Below are positions 44,301 to 56,760 of a stretch of 64,000 nucleotides of DNA, piece by piece. Both the position numbers and the translations under genes were made by a program. Source of the DNA: Phoronis australis (taxonomy: Eukaryota; Animalia; Phoronida); NCBI GenBank assembly GCA_002633005.1, contig NMRA01000284.1:129489-193488 (forward strand). The letters run 5' to 3'. The notes under the pieces are model-generated. The model worked only from the letters and a program-made list of their open reading frames with translations, did not search any database and was not told where the DNA came from. The stretch's first letter is position 1. Every line of letters starts with the position of its first letter.

Positions 44301-47300
44301 TGCAGTTTTGCACATATCGTTCTCTCTGGTACTTGATGGAGTAGAGTAACTTACTGTAGACTTCAATCTCTGAAAGTGTATATGTCTTTTTTGCCAGGTA
44401 TTTTGAAATCACTAATCTACCATTAATTCTTGTTGAAGGCCATATCAAAGATCCGTGAGTTCCTACTGCAGAAAATCCAGCAGTTCCGCAAGCCTATGAC
44501 TAATTACCAAGTGCCGCAGAATGCCATGTTGAAGTTCAGGTAGGGCTCTGAGGCATTGTGGGATAGGCTCTGTCACCTGTCTCAGGTAGCTTATTAACCA
44601 TCGCTCATCATCAGTATTTTAATTTTGACCAGATATTGACCCAATTTTGACCAGAAATTGACCCGGATATTGATCAGTTGGCTTATACCTGCGTACTATC
44701 ATTAGTTCGTACAAGTTCAAGATTCTGCACATTTTGAAAACAGCGGAATTGATGTAATGAGGGTATTGCCACTAGTTGATCTAAAAACTATCTAATTGAT
44801 TGATTTGTCATCAATTGTGTATAATGCTATGTGGTTTCAGGTTTTTCTATGAATTTCTTCTGGCGAATGAGCGACAGGTTGCCAAGGAGATTAGAGACGA
44901 ATACATTGACACGACTAGTAAAATCTATTTCTCCTACTTCAAGAGTTACAGCACGCGCCTGATGAAACTACAGGTTTGTTGTTGTCCAGTGTATAGCTTA
45001 TACTATGGAACTAATACTGATTGAAGTGTTCAGTAGTCTCTTCACTTTGATATCTACTGTCATGCCATTTTGATTTGTAAGCTGTATTTGAAGCCAAAAA
45101 CGGAAAGGTACACTGAAATCCACAATCATTTGTTGCATGGCTTGTATTGAAGGTGAGGCATGCTACTCACAGCGACACTCAGTCCTACCATGTCTGAGCT
45201 CCACAGGTGTCAGCACATGGCATACATCTGAAATGATTGTTCACTCTACTGCTTTACAAACTCTCTTCCAAAAATTGTTTTACCAAACTTTAGTTGGGAA
45301 TGTTGATTTATTTTCAGTTTGAGGAAGTTGCTGACAAGGATGACCTGATAGGTGCTGATGACCAGGCCAAGAGAGATATCCTTGTTTCTGTTGGGGTGTG
45401 AAGTTGCTGTAAGCAGTGTTGTGTTAATCGGCATGCATTGTTCCTCGTCTTATAATTTTTAAATGCACTATGTGGTTTGTTTGTAGTAGAAGACTGAGGT
45501 TATTTCTTGTGGATGTCACTTTATGAAAATTGCACTCATTTAACCCGTATAACATGAAATTGGTGCATTGCTATAAAATGCATGATACCTAAATGTGGCC
45601 AACAGGTGGCGTGTGGACCAGACTTATAAATGTTTGTAAACACAAAAGTAATGTACATGCAAATAAATATTGTTGAGCTGTTTGTATATTAAAAATATTG
45701 ATGCTGAAGAATTAAAACTTTCAAGTGACTGTGTCTTTCAACTGTTGGCTGTCATGACAAAACTTCTGCCACATCTGTTTAGTGTAAAGAGCTTTGAATA
45801 GTGTAGAGATATTCAGTAGCCACCCACTCACAGCTATTTTTTGTAAGAGCTGTGCCATATAGGGTAAAAAATCAGAACATCAAACCTTGCGTGTGTTGCA
45901 TTCGAATAGTACGTGCTGTTTACCAAAGTAGTCTCAACTTTTTTATGAGACCCCTGCACACAGGTGCGATCATATCTCTAGAGCGGATGAAGCTGGTTTC
46001 ACTTTCCTTAACTAGTGCAAGCTTTTTCTCCTCCAAACCTTCACTCAAGAATCGCTCTACCATCTTTACTGTGGGTAACCGTGGCTCTGTGTTGACCACT
46101 GACCTCGAGGCGCCAATCATTGTTCCCCACGCTGCTCAGAAGACAGAGACCAAGGTGAGCATGCATTTGATCCCAAGGCTGTATTACATTCTAGAGGCAG
46201 AGAGTGTATGACAAGATATTGATTCGTATGTTGTATGTACGGTGTTCTGAGTGTATACCGTGATCTTTGTGTGTAACATGTTTGTGACCAGTGAGTTTTA
46301 GAAACAAAGACGTGTTTTTAGTAACCACATAGTGCGGTTTTCCTTATGCGCCATTTACAGTACAAGACGAACGTAGTATCGTTTTCCCATCATGGCGAAT
46401 AATTCTAACTGTAAAAATCAAAGGTAATAACTATTAGGGTGGCAAAATTCTAATTACAGAATGGCTTACCACCTTACTAACATCCTTCCCCTTCATTTAA
46501 ACTCAATAAAAGAGACATGAAGAATACTATTCTGACGATAAGTTTCGGTTCCACCCAGACACCATGACAGGCAATTCCAGGTCATTTTGTCTGAATACTG
46601 TCTGAATATTTTTTTCTTGTACTGTATCGTCGTTACCTTTGGTCTGTGCAATAATGGTAATACAGGGTAGTTGTGTTGAAACAGGGCCCTAACTTTTGCT
46701 CATAATTATTTCCAAGGGAGGCAGGAACTTACAAACTTTGCAGGCTGTCAATTTTATGTATTGAGCTTATGTTGATGTTGAACTTATTTTAATGTTAGCT
46801 TATTCTGTGGCGTCTCAGCAGTTTTCCCGGCACTCGTTGCATTTAGTGAAACACAAGGATGTGTGAATGTGTGTAAAGATGCGCTAGTTTAGATGACAAG
46901 ATTGTGTTTAATATTTAATTGAATCCAGATGAACACTTAAACAATACATGCTGAAAATGTCCCCCATTAGGATTTAAGCACGACTTGATGCAGCAGAATA
47001 AATGTTGATAAGCGGCGTTGAAAAGTTTTCGCACCACACGCTACAGTTTGTTATTGCAATGGAGTTGTGCAGGTTTACGCGTATGTTTCTGATCTCTAGC
47101 TCAAGTAGAAAAACAATTATTAGCAAAAGTTGACCTGTTGCTGGAGAATTAGCTGGTGTCTCCTTGTATACCTTGTTTGCTCTTATACCATGGTACGTAA
47201 TACCCATGAGATGTGCTGAAGTTGTGGTAATGTCTTGCAGTTTACCTTTGAGAGTTTGTTCCGTAGTCAACATTACGCTCTCCTTGACAACAGTTGTCGG

Positions 47301-50300
47301 GAGTATCTGTTTATATGCGACTTCTTCATGGTGTCTGGACCTTCAGCTCAAGATCTCTTCAATGCCGTCCTGGGCAAGACTCTCTCCTTCTTCTTGGTAT
47401 GACACTGTTTTTGTGTATTAAGTTAAGTTATAAAATATGAATCATGGTAAAAAGTCTGGGACACTGAAACGAAAGCCCAAATTAAATTTCCTTGATTCTG
47501 AAGACGATTTTGGTGTAATATTAGACACTGCTTTTTGTATGGACTACGTCTAAAAATTTATTTAATATCTGCCGACGCATTGTTTTCAGCTCCCCCTAGT
47601 GTCTAACATTGAGGTGAATAGCCATTTGCTGCTGATTGGAATTTTTAATTTCTGATAGTGTCTATTTCTAAAGTTTAGTACAAGCTTCGGCCTTGATCAA
47701 AATATGGCACAAATTGAAGAATTTTTACCTTTTTTTCTTTGCTGTCATTTTAATAACACATTTTAGTTCCTGCCATTTGAAAATTTGCTATGATTTGAAA
47801 TTAACATATATTCTGTCTAGTGATAGGTGTGTTTTGAATTCAACTCACTTGCGTTGCAGTAGAAAATGCATTGCATGATCGAGGTAGCTTTTGAAAGGTT
47901 TGGCTATAAGTATCAGATGCTTCTTAGCTGAGATGAACATGAAAACAACGATATATTCCTGATCATCAGCATCGCAAGTCATTGTTGTGCAACTGCAAAA
48001 CTTAACTTACTAGCATTAGGATGACGAATGTCAAAATGATTTTGCAGCAAAATGAATAGCAGGACAGCAGTTTAAAGCTGTGGGCAAAGTGCCCTGATGT
48101 CATGCAGCATTATGGGTAAATACTGCAGAATCAAACTATGCACTGTGGTAGTTTGGGATGTTGCTATTGGATGAGGCCGGTAACCTGAAGTGGGAGTGGT
48201 TTGTATGTAGAAAGAGAATTACCACAGTGATTGTTGTCCTATGTTTTCAGAAAGAAATGAATGTCTACACAAAAGAGTGCTTCGACTCTATAGCCATCAT
48301 ATTGTGTATACACATCATATACAGGTTCCAGGTCCTAATGCATAAAAGGGCAGTACCATCTCTGGATAAGTAAGTATGACTGAGTGATGACATCTCATAG
48401 CTTTAAGTTGTAGTTGTTGTAGAATTATCTCTTTTTGCAAGTTCGCACTTGAACTTCACTGAGCATACTCTACGTACCAAAAGTATTCACAACGGACAAA
48501 ATGTCCCAAAATTCCCCGTCATGATCGCTTTGCGGACGTCAAATTCAGTGTCCAAGTATCCCTTCCTCACGGTGGAGAATGAAGGGGAATTAGCTGGTCT
48601 GGAAAGTTAGTGAAAGGGCTAAACCATTCTGTTATAATTAGCCATTTCTAGGAATTTCTGCTGTTAATAGCAGAAACAAAACAACTTTCACCATTGAAAT
48701 GATACAAATGGTAAAGAAATTCTCCATTCATTTCACACCAGAATAATTGGCAAATATTCATTTTTCCATTTTTAAATGACTGATTAACATAGTAGTAAGC
48801 AAAATTTGTTTTGTGACATGTACACAATAATAGACTAAAATTTTCGTCATCTTTATTTTTGTGGAGAAATTTTCACAAAATAGTATTCTACTTGTCAGCC
48901 ATATTGTGTGCTAAATAAGTGAGGAATTACCATTACTGTACCTGTCCCAACACAATTACTACACTAGCTGTGAGACCCAGGATGTAAACTCATTGCCTAA
49001 CAAAGTGATTTGTGTTCACTAGGTACTGGGACACACTACAAGAGATGTTGTGGCCAAGGTTTCAATATATTCTAGAGATGAACGTGAACAGTGTCAGGGA
49101 GTGTAACCCCCACAAACTGGGCCATATAGACATACGGCCACACTATGTAAGTATGCCAGAAATACGCTTTTAGATTTCTCGATTTTTGTTGCCTGTTATG
49201 TTACCTATGTAGTGCAATTCAGAAAATTTAACGTTTTTGAACGTGCACAGCCCTGACGTCTGGAGAATGCAAGAAGTGATCAGTTGCCTAGCAACGTGAC
49301 ATGCTCTCCCATTTTAATTTCACTGGCTGCGTTCTTTGGAGGTATTAAGATCAGTCAGATAAGCAAACGTCACCCCCGTCTTTTGCTAATGCAGGTTAGA
49401 CAATACAGGTTTGGAATATCATCAAAGGGAACAGCAATTACAATGCGTGTTATAACTTTTTCTTCTGTTGTAGTTAATTGGTCTATTGTAATGCCAACCA
49501 TTAACCATTCTTAATTGTCAGTTGGGAAATGAGACGTAGCACCCACTGAAAACAGATCACGTGTCAACTGTTTCCCAGCTGTCCCTAAGACTTCAGGCGT
49601 TGTTTGTACCAGGAGATATTTTTAATTATTGTGGAGGTTCAAAATCAACAACCGTTCAGAAAATTCTGCTTACATGCATATGTGTAATGTATTTTACATG
49701 GCAACAAATGGAAAGCCTGTCCATTTTTTAAAAGATACGGACATGATTTGAAAACTGCTTTGAGCTAAAAACTTGTTGATCGATAAAAGCCCTCGTGAGT
49801 TTCGCTTAGGAGTTTCACACATTGAGCCCTGTCTGAAACACTGCAGGAGACACCAGACCAGGTGCACTGAACGTGCCTTACAATAGGTCCAGATGGCTAT
49901 AGGTGATTAGTTTTTGGTTCCTCTGATCACCATAATTAATTGGATGCAGAAACTCGATTAGCATCTACTCATTTCTGTTATTGACTAGATGTGAATGCTT
50001 GATGTATACCTGTGGACGACTACTCAGTCATGTGATAGTCCTCAGCTTGGATCTCTGTGATTAGACATTGATCTTTGATTCCTACCTCCAGATCACTCGT
50101 CGGTATGCCGAATTCTCCGCGGCGATTGTCGGACTCAACGAGAATTTCACCAGCGAGAAGGTGAACAGCATCCTGGGACTGTTGCAGACGGAAGTACAGA
50201 ACTTTATTCTCAAGATGGCCGCCGAGTTTCAATCGCGGAAAGAACAACTTGTGTTTCTGATCAACAACTACGACATGATGTTAGGTGTCATTATGGTGTG

Positions 50301-52657
50301 TACCTGTGTGCTTGTTTTCAAAAGAAACCTTCGAAAATTTTCTTCTCAACAACTGTTTACAATCATAACTTAGACTAAAGTAATCCTGAAACTAGAAATT
50401 CCCTTTTCTAAATTTCAAGGATTTCCAACATTCTAAGGAATTATAATTTTTTTCAATATTTTAATATTGTAGGTATTTTGTAAAATATTTAAATTAGTAA
50501 TTAAAAGCATTAATGCCATGCTACTTTTTTGTGAAAATTGAGAAAACAAAAAATTCACCTGCCAGTCATACTGTCTTGAATTGGAAAGATTTTAACGCAA
50601 CTTATTTTGAAAACTATATTGTATTAATTTGAAACAAATTGTTCCTTGCTCAGCCTATGCTATGGAAGCTGTGTTACTACTCTGCTTTCTCTGGTCAACA
50701 CTTCGACAATTTTTATCCTGGCTCTGAGATCAAACAGCTTTACTTGTTACCTAACACAAAAATTAACCAATCAATTTTAAACTTCCATTCGAAGTGTACG
50801 TACTATGTGATTGGTCTGTTTTCGTGGCGAGCCGTGAGTATAGCGTGGTGGTATCTTGCCAGAAAAGAAATTTTGGGGCAAAAATTTTGTTTACCAGCTT
50901 AACTTGCTTAAAATCCTACAAGAATCCTTAAGAGGAGATAAGGAGGCCTAGTGGATTGAGTGTCTGTCTTGTGTTCACAAATCTGTTGGTTTGAATCCCA
51001 CTGGACCTCACTGCTAAACCTTTGAGTCAGGTCTCTACCTCCTCTTCTTGGTCCTAATTTGTGTATGTCTATATGTGTTATGTTTTTATTGAATGGAAAT
51101 AGTTTCAGGTGTTTGCTGCAATGGGCCTGGCTGATCGCCCTTCGCGCGTCTGATGAATGCCGTATTAGATCACTTGCACTATTTTTGCAAGAACCTCTCG
51201 TGATTGATGGATGTTTGTGTATTTCTTTAATTCTATTCTCTGTTTTTGTATATTAGGAAAGAACGACTGACGACTCTAAGGAATCTGAAAGTTTCAAAGA
51301 GCTATTGGCAGCGCGTACGCAAGAATTTGTGGAAGAGAGTCTCCTGCCTCACTTTGGGGGTATGGTCGTGTTTGTGAAGGAGGCTGAGGCAGCAGTAGAG
51401 AGAGGTCAGGCAGACCAGTATAAACATCAGGAGAGTAAGTGTCAGTGATAATCATTTGTGTGCAAGTTTTGTCAGGCAAATAGTATAGCCATGTGGTTGA
51501 TTTTTTTCTGAAAAACGAGCTTAAATGTATAATCATTTTTCTATTGACAATTGGGGTAGGTTAGTCTTGTTGGCATTTTGTTTTTGATAGTTCCATAATG
51601 GGGTGTGAATTTTAAGTTTGTACTGGTGTTTCTGAAAGCATAGTTGCGTACTATTTGTGTTTTATGATTTCAGCTGCAATTAATGTCTTTGTGGTTTAAT
51701 AAGGAATCTTCAAGACTTGAGCAACAACTATTGTTTTTGTAGAGAGAGTTCAGCAGATTGTACGAGCCTTCAACCATGATTGGAAGAAAGCTATTGAAAC
51801 GATGAACCAAGAAATAATGCGGTCATTTACCAATTTTAAAAATGGAACACAGATTCTACAGGTGACTGTTTACTTCCATTACACTCAGTAGTGTATTTGC
51901 AATGAGTTGAAAATTCCAATCAGAAAATTTCATTTTCAATCTGTGAGGGATCATGTAAATCCCCTGCCCGGGATATCATTCTCGGACAAACATTACTAAC
52001 AACTCAGGAAATGTGGTGACAAACAGCTGTAACTCCCAACTAACACCACGTTCTTAAGTGTGTATAAGAAGTTATTCAGACACGTGGTCTGCCTTCTGAT
52101 TGGATGACTTGTGTTGCTTCATTAGTCTACTTGATAATTCCATTTCAAACTTTGTACTATCTCTCATTGTTTGTCTCTAGCGTTACGAGCAAAAATACAA
52201 AATAATACAGCAATTGTTGGTAACATGGTGTCTGTCACTTTCACTTCGCTGCAAATACCTCAGACATCCCCTTTTGTTAGGCAATTCCTCACAATTGTGG
52301 TGATTATGAAGGGAGAAAATATATTAAGTGCCTGTCCACAAAAGCAAGAACCTCGCTTAAACCCAAGATAATGCAAGCTCCGTGAGTTGTTGCCATGGGT
52401 TACAAGTGTAGCGTTTGATCACACTTTAGCTTTCATCACGTAACTCAGCCCCGGACTATACCTTTAAAGACCCACACTATACCATTAAGGTATGTTGTTA
52501 TACATTACAGGGTACTCTCACCCAGTTGATCCAGTACTATCACAGATTCCAGAAGATCTTGTCCCAGATGCCGTTCAAGAACATGTCAGTCAGGAACGAA
52601 CTGATCAATATTCACCACGTGATGGTGGAGGTCAAGAAACACAAGGCCACATTTTGA
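36140..52657 (+). CDS. VPS52: Vacuolar protein sorting 52 (GARP/EARP subunit)
   Basis: Exons 36140-36169 (inferred; phase 0 fits), 37149-37230, 38081-38133, 38635-38710, 39262-39329 (duplicate 40805-40872), 42035-42148, 42858-42919, 43734-43884, 44439-44539, 44841-44973, 45318-45375, 46021-46154, 47241-47396, 48251-48369, 49023-49146, 50092-50295, 51257-51434, 51743-51861, 52511-52657. Sum 2109 nt (~702 aa). Motifs LGELDLTSQDFLLDEVDVHIQQNLEDDIVKEALESGVDLRQYSKQIE, RPHYITRRYAEFSAA, LVFLINNYD, SFTNFKNGTQILQ, ELINIHHVMVEVKKHK. Confidence 0.95.
38711..39261 (+). other. U12-type (minor spliceosome) intron, GT-AG subtype
   Basis: 5'ss GTATCCTTT; branch site TCCTTAAC at 39243-39250, 11 nt before the exon; no polypyrimidine tract. 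The same signals occur in the duplicate (40211; 40786-40793). Confidence 0.93.
38815..38945. repeat. ~27-28-bp minisatellite in the U12 intron (second allele at ~40328-40482)
   Basis: TTCCCCATGGAATGATATTTTTGCCAA, about 5 units here and about 6 in the duplicate copy. Confidence 0.9.
39772..40151. mobile_element. End of an insertion at a TTAA site, truncated by the contig join (Kolobok-like terminus)
   Basis: TTAA|AGGCGAAGG... is present in one copy; the other copy reads TTAA|TGTAAT. CpG-rich relative to the host intron. Confidence 0.55.
41697..41945 (+). mobile_element. tRNA-derived SINE
   Basis: A-box TGGCCTAGTGG, B-box GGTTCAAGTCC, body CACTGCTAAACCCTTGAGTCAGG, tail CCTGCAATTATTTTT; homologous to 50931 and 53657. 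Confidence 0.8.
43377..43752 (+). repeat. 33-bp minisatellite (~11 units) made of the VPS52 exon-8 acceptor junction
   Basis: Unit CCACATCATGTACTCCCTCTGTTGTTGTTCT(A/G)G. The last unit is the real acceptor TTCTAG|CCACATCATGTACACC at 43733/43734. Confidence 0.95.
43905..44250 (+). repeat. Degenerate ~30-bp repeat with a ~134-bp higher-order duplication
   Basis: Recurring (CCTGT)AAGGTCA..CTGGCA..GCT subunits; 43980-44088 closely matches 44114-44220. Confidence 0.75.
45376..46020 (+). other. U12-type intron with AT...AA termini
   Basis: 5'ss ATATCCTT; branch site TTCCTTAAC at 46004-46012. A 3'ss after GCAA (46020) gives in-frame AKR-G-FFSSKPSLKNR, whereas the AGs ending at 46015 and 46021 shift the frame. 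Confidence 0.85.
50931..51190 (+). mobile_element. tRNA-derived SINE, diverged copy
   Basis: AGGCCTAGTGG ... GGTTTGAATCCCACTGG ... CACTGCTAAACCTTTGAGTCAGG ... TGCAATGGGCC. Confidence 0.7.
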
Positions 52658-53656
52658 TTGACAGGTGGCGTGACCCCATTAGGTTGTGACCAGAGACAAG
52701 ACTGGGAACTCCATGAAAAATTCACTATTTTCATGGATTGGTTGCAGTTTGATGTATGACAATTGTCACGTCATTCGTTGGGAGTAGACAATCGACTGTG
52801 ATTGTGACGAAACCACTGCTGCCACCTTGTGTGTAGCGAGCTTGTGAGCCGCTGGTTAACTTATTTATTATTTGTCTTTTGTCAGAGATGACTATATCAC
52901 CTGGGTCACTGTTGTATTGTCTTTACAGGGTATAACCCAATTTTATTTGGTCTTGCCTGGCAGTGTTAAGATAACTAGGTTAACATGTATAGTCAATCAT
53001 TATTCTGATGGTCAGTAGATGAGGTTGGGACTGATTCTGAAATATCTTGATGAGGTGTTAGAGTCATGTTATTGTCTTTTGTATCAGCCTGATGTCACGT
53101 TATCTTGAACATTTTAACTGGTGGACAGTTTGCATGAACTTTTTTTGTGGCCAGCAATGTTCTTTAGCCAGCCAGGACAGCAAGAACGTTATGAAATCCA
53201 GCAGCGGAGTAAATTATTTGAAGTTCTTTCCTTTCATTTCTTGGAGGTAACATTCTTGAAAGGCATTCTCAAAACAGAGTCTGTGTTAAATGACTTTACA
53301 CAAGTAGCATATAACTGTGGGGTGGATAGTGGGGAGGCGCAAAGTATCTATTCCCCCTATTTTTTGCAATTATTTTAAAGATCCCAAATCCGTGTATCCT
53401 TGCAGTCTCCAACAATAATGGCAGAAGAATTTAAATGGTGTCCCCAGAACATTCTTGAACCACTGGCATTCAAATAACAATGACAGTTTGTGGAAAACAT
53501 TTTGACACAATTTTGATAATACGAAATCTTGCCTAGTTCCAATTCCAAACTGTTCTTAACCAATCAAAGATGTTAAATAACAACATCTTTAGCGTAATGA
53601 TTAAGCACAATGTCTTCTGCCCTCCTCTAAAGGCTGCACGTCTCCTTTGGTTCCTT

Positions 53657-53905
53657 AGAGGAGGCAGTGTGGCCTAGTGTGATGGTGCCCGCCTTCTTTA
53701 CTCAGGTCGTGGGTTGAGTCCAACTGGGTCACACTGCTAGACCCTTGAGTCAGGTTTCTACGTAGCTCCTCAGCTTGGTTTTAACTTTTTTTTTTAATAA
53801 AGCACAACAAATATTTCTAGGCAATCAGTGCAATGGGTCCACATGTGCGGCCTGCACACGTCTGGTACAACGTGTATAAGACCGCCTGCAATTATTTTTT
53901 TTTAT
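53657..53905 (+). mobile_element. tRNA-derived SINE downstream of the VPS52 stop
   Basis: GAGGAGGCAGTGTGGCCTAGTG ... CACTGCTAGACCCTTGAGTCAGGTTTCTA ... GCGGCCTGCACAC ... CCTGCAATTATTTTT, aligned by eye to the 41697 copy. Confidence 0.8.
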
Positions 53906-54978
53906 TTGGTTCTTTATCATCTCCTGCGGTTAAGTCAACAGTATATCTCGGTCTTCCTTCTTTAAATAAGATTCAGCACTAAGTGCACGCCCTCGTTGGC
54001 ATCTTGTTTAATGTGGCAAGTAGTCTTATTTAAGCATCACTTCCTCACAGAGTGTGATAGTGTCATGTATGTTTGGTGACGATTTAGGACTAATTTCGTT
54101 CCAAAAACCCGCCCAAAGTTGGCCCAAGAACCTTTACCAAAACAGCTAGTCCTGTATCTTTGTTTTACAGAAACTGCTTGGCCGGCATGTGTGTTTTTCC
54201 TCAGTAGGCGTAAAAAGTCGCCCAATAACTTAACCGAATTTATTTTGGTATAAATATTCAATGTGAAAGCCCAGAAACACTGCCACGTTTTTCTGAATTT
54301 TCTTGTTCAAGTTTTTTTTTTTTGGTGGGGGTTCATTTTTTTTCCTAGATTATAGCAATATTTGACTGGGGCTGATGCAAATTAGTGAAACAGTTTTTAA
54401 AGTCAAAACCTAACAGCGTTTTAGAGAAGAGTGCAACTCATAGATCAAAGTTTCATCGGAATCCAGTCTGCCATTACTAAGGTAATGAGATTTGCGTGCA
54501 ATTTATACGAGTAGGTATAGTTCAAGCTGCTATGTAACCCGCTTTTGACGAAAACAATCTCGGGTGTCCATTACTTGAGGTTAAAATATTCTGTGGATAT
54601 AACGGCCAGATCGTGGTGTTTCATCCATCCCTTGATAGTAATCTAACTCTTTCTTTGCTCAGATTAGACATGCTTTCTGGCATTTTGAGACATTGACAGC
54701 CTGTTATTGTTTGAGGACGTGATTGGCCACTTTATCTCAATTCGTTTCTATCCCAGATATTACCTCTATGTGTGGTTGAGCAATTTGGGATCCATTTGAT
54801 AACACTGTAATGGTTTTAATCAAAACACTGTTTTGACAGCGGGCGGATACATTGTATACTTTTTGTAAAATGTCAAAGTAAATTGTTTATTGAACTGTAA
54901 TCGTGGTGGTATCTGCTCCTAATAAACAGTAAAACACGCTGTATGCTTTGATTAATGTTGATTTATTTATTTAAAGCC

Positions 54979-55190
54979 CAGGGACCTGTTTTAAGAAAGG
55001 TGTGAGTTGGCCTGTAACTATAAAACGGTCGTTAACACCGTTCGTAGACGCAATGTTACGTCTTATATATAAGAGCAGGACGTTATAAACGACGTTGAGT
55101 TAGTAATTTTTCGTATTCAGACTTAGCGACTGCCTTCTTGAGCCACGGTTATTAACCAACGACCTTTACTTAAATTAAACACGACCCCAG
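54979..55190. mobile_element. Degenerate Harbinger-like MITE
   Basis: CAG-GGACCTGTTTT ... AAACACGACCC-CAG imperfect TIR with CAG flanks. Confidence 0.45.
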
Positions 55191-55558
55191 GGTTGTCTAA
55201 GTCCAACGCAGCGTCATAGCTAGGTAGAGAAAGCCGAAATAGCGAACTTCGTACTGGAATGTATCGAGTAACCCTGCAATTCGCCCTGTTTATAAATGAT
55301 CAAAAATTCGAGATATGCCTTCTAGTCTCATGACACCGGTCTTAAAATATTCATGGCGTGATAGGATTCTATTTCCGATAACCTGAAACGTATCTTGAAT
55401 CGACGATGGTTTCGATGTTCATGTCAGTAACGGAAATGTTATCCTATCACAGTAATCGATATTTTCAGCCAGCTTAACCGGGTGACATGCACCTTTCGGA
55501 TCACAGTGTTATCGCGTGTCAATGCCAACTAGGAGTACTGAAGATACAAAACACTGAA

Positions 55559-55708
55559 CAGGGGCGGATCCAAGATTTTGAGTTGGGGGGCATGGCAGAG
55601 TATTAGCCAGGGTTTTACCCGTATGACATTCGCACGGCCCCCCAAATGGAATCTGGAATCATTTTAGGGGGTATGGGTCCCTTGGCACCCCCTCTAAATC
55701 TGCCACTG
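55559..55708. mobile_element. Short CAGGGGCGGAT...ATCTGCCACTG MITE
   Basis: Imperfect 11-bp TIR with G/C tracts inside each end. Confidence 0.7.
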
Positions 55709-56367
55709 CTGCTGAATGGTGCTACACCAAATGTTGAAAAGACATGGCTTTAAATGTTGGAGCTGCAGAATAGTTGTCATGTTTTACGTAATGTAAGCAG
55801 ATAGACTGGGAGACTTGATTCTAATGTCGGTGGAGCAATGTGGCCTATAATCTTAACAGCAGCGGAACAAATCGTCTTCGGATCTATTTTCCACACATTT
55901 ATGCCTCCAACTGACGAAGACAATGGTGACGAGATTTTGGCGGGAACAACGAATTGCAGATGAGAGAAAGGTTTGGTGGTCAGGCGACTTCACGTTTGGC
56001 AAATAATAGTAAAGGTCACAGCGGTTTACTCCATAGGCGGATTTAGGGGGGGGGGGATTTTGCAGGGGGAACTGTGGCTAAGTATAGGCTCTCCCACGAC
56101 ATCCCAGGCGACCAGCAGTGGCGCTGCGCACTACGACTCCGTTTCCGTCGTCTGCTCCACTGTGCAATGAAGAAAATTTACTTCACCTTTTAAAGAAAAT
56201 TGAACCTGAGTGACGATTAAAAAATAGAAGCTGCTGGTAAGATGTGAATTTTAATCGAAGCCTTAGTGAATCACTCAGAAACTCATAATTCTCTCTTTGT
56301 AAAACCTTAACTTAAGACAATTTCCAAAGCAATCCCGTCATTATTGCCAACAAGAAAAACAGGCGTG

Positions 56368-56508
56368 CGTTCAGTAGACGCTAGGACCTAAGCTAGGACC
56401 TAGCCAAGAGCTAGTCAAGGTCACGTGCTCTTATTTAAAATACACGGCAGTATCACGCGTAATCTTGCAAAGTCTTGCTTTTAAGCTAGGTCCTAGCGTT
56501 ACTGAACG
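56368..56508. mobile_element. MITE (inverted copy at 60533-60668)
   Basis: CGTTCAGTAGACGCTAGGACCTA / TAGGTCCTAGCGTTACTGAACG TIR. The internal AAAATACACGGCAGTATCACGCGTAATCTTGC is matched on the opposite strand near 60570. Confidence 0.8.
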
Positions 56509-56679
56509 GGAGGCGGATTTGGACTTTTGGGCATTTAAAGACTATTTTAAATACAGCAACTTTGTTAAGAACTGATTGCGCAAAATGTATAACGTGTAAT
56601 AAGCATTACAAAAAGAAGTAGGTTTCGCGCGCAAACGCTGTGGCCATAAACGAGTAGGTCTCTTTAAAATTTAGCAGTT

Positions 56680-56760
56680 AAGTCGTGGTGGTGTAGTGTT
56701 AAAGCACGCGCGCTCTATCCGCCCGGTCGTGAGTTCGAGTCTCTGGTACTGGTAGTTTTT
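56680..56760 (+). mobile_element. tRNA-like Pol III head (SINE fragment or tRNA pseudogene)
   Basis: A-box TGGTGTAGTGTT, B-box GTTCGAGTC, then T-runs. No proper acceptor stem. Confidence 0.55.

Noticed and set aside
56680-56760. Functional tRNA gene
   Set aside because: A and B boxes are present but no cloverleaf with an acceptor stem; it lies inside a repeat.
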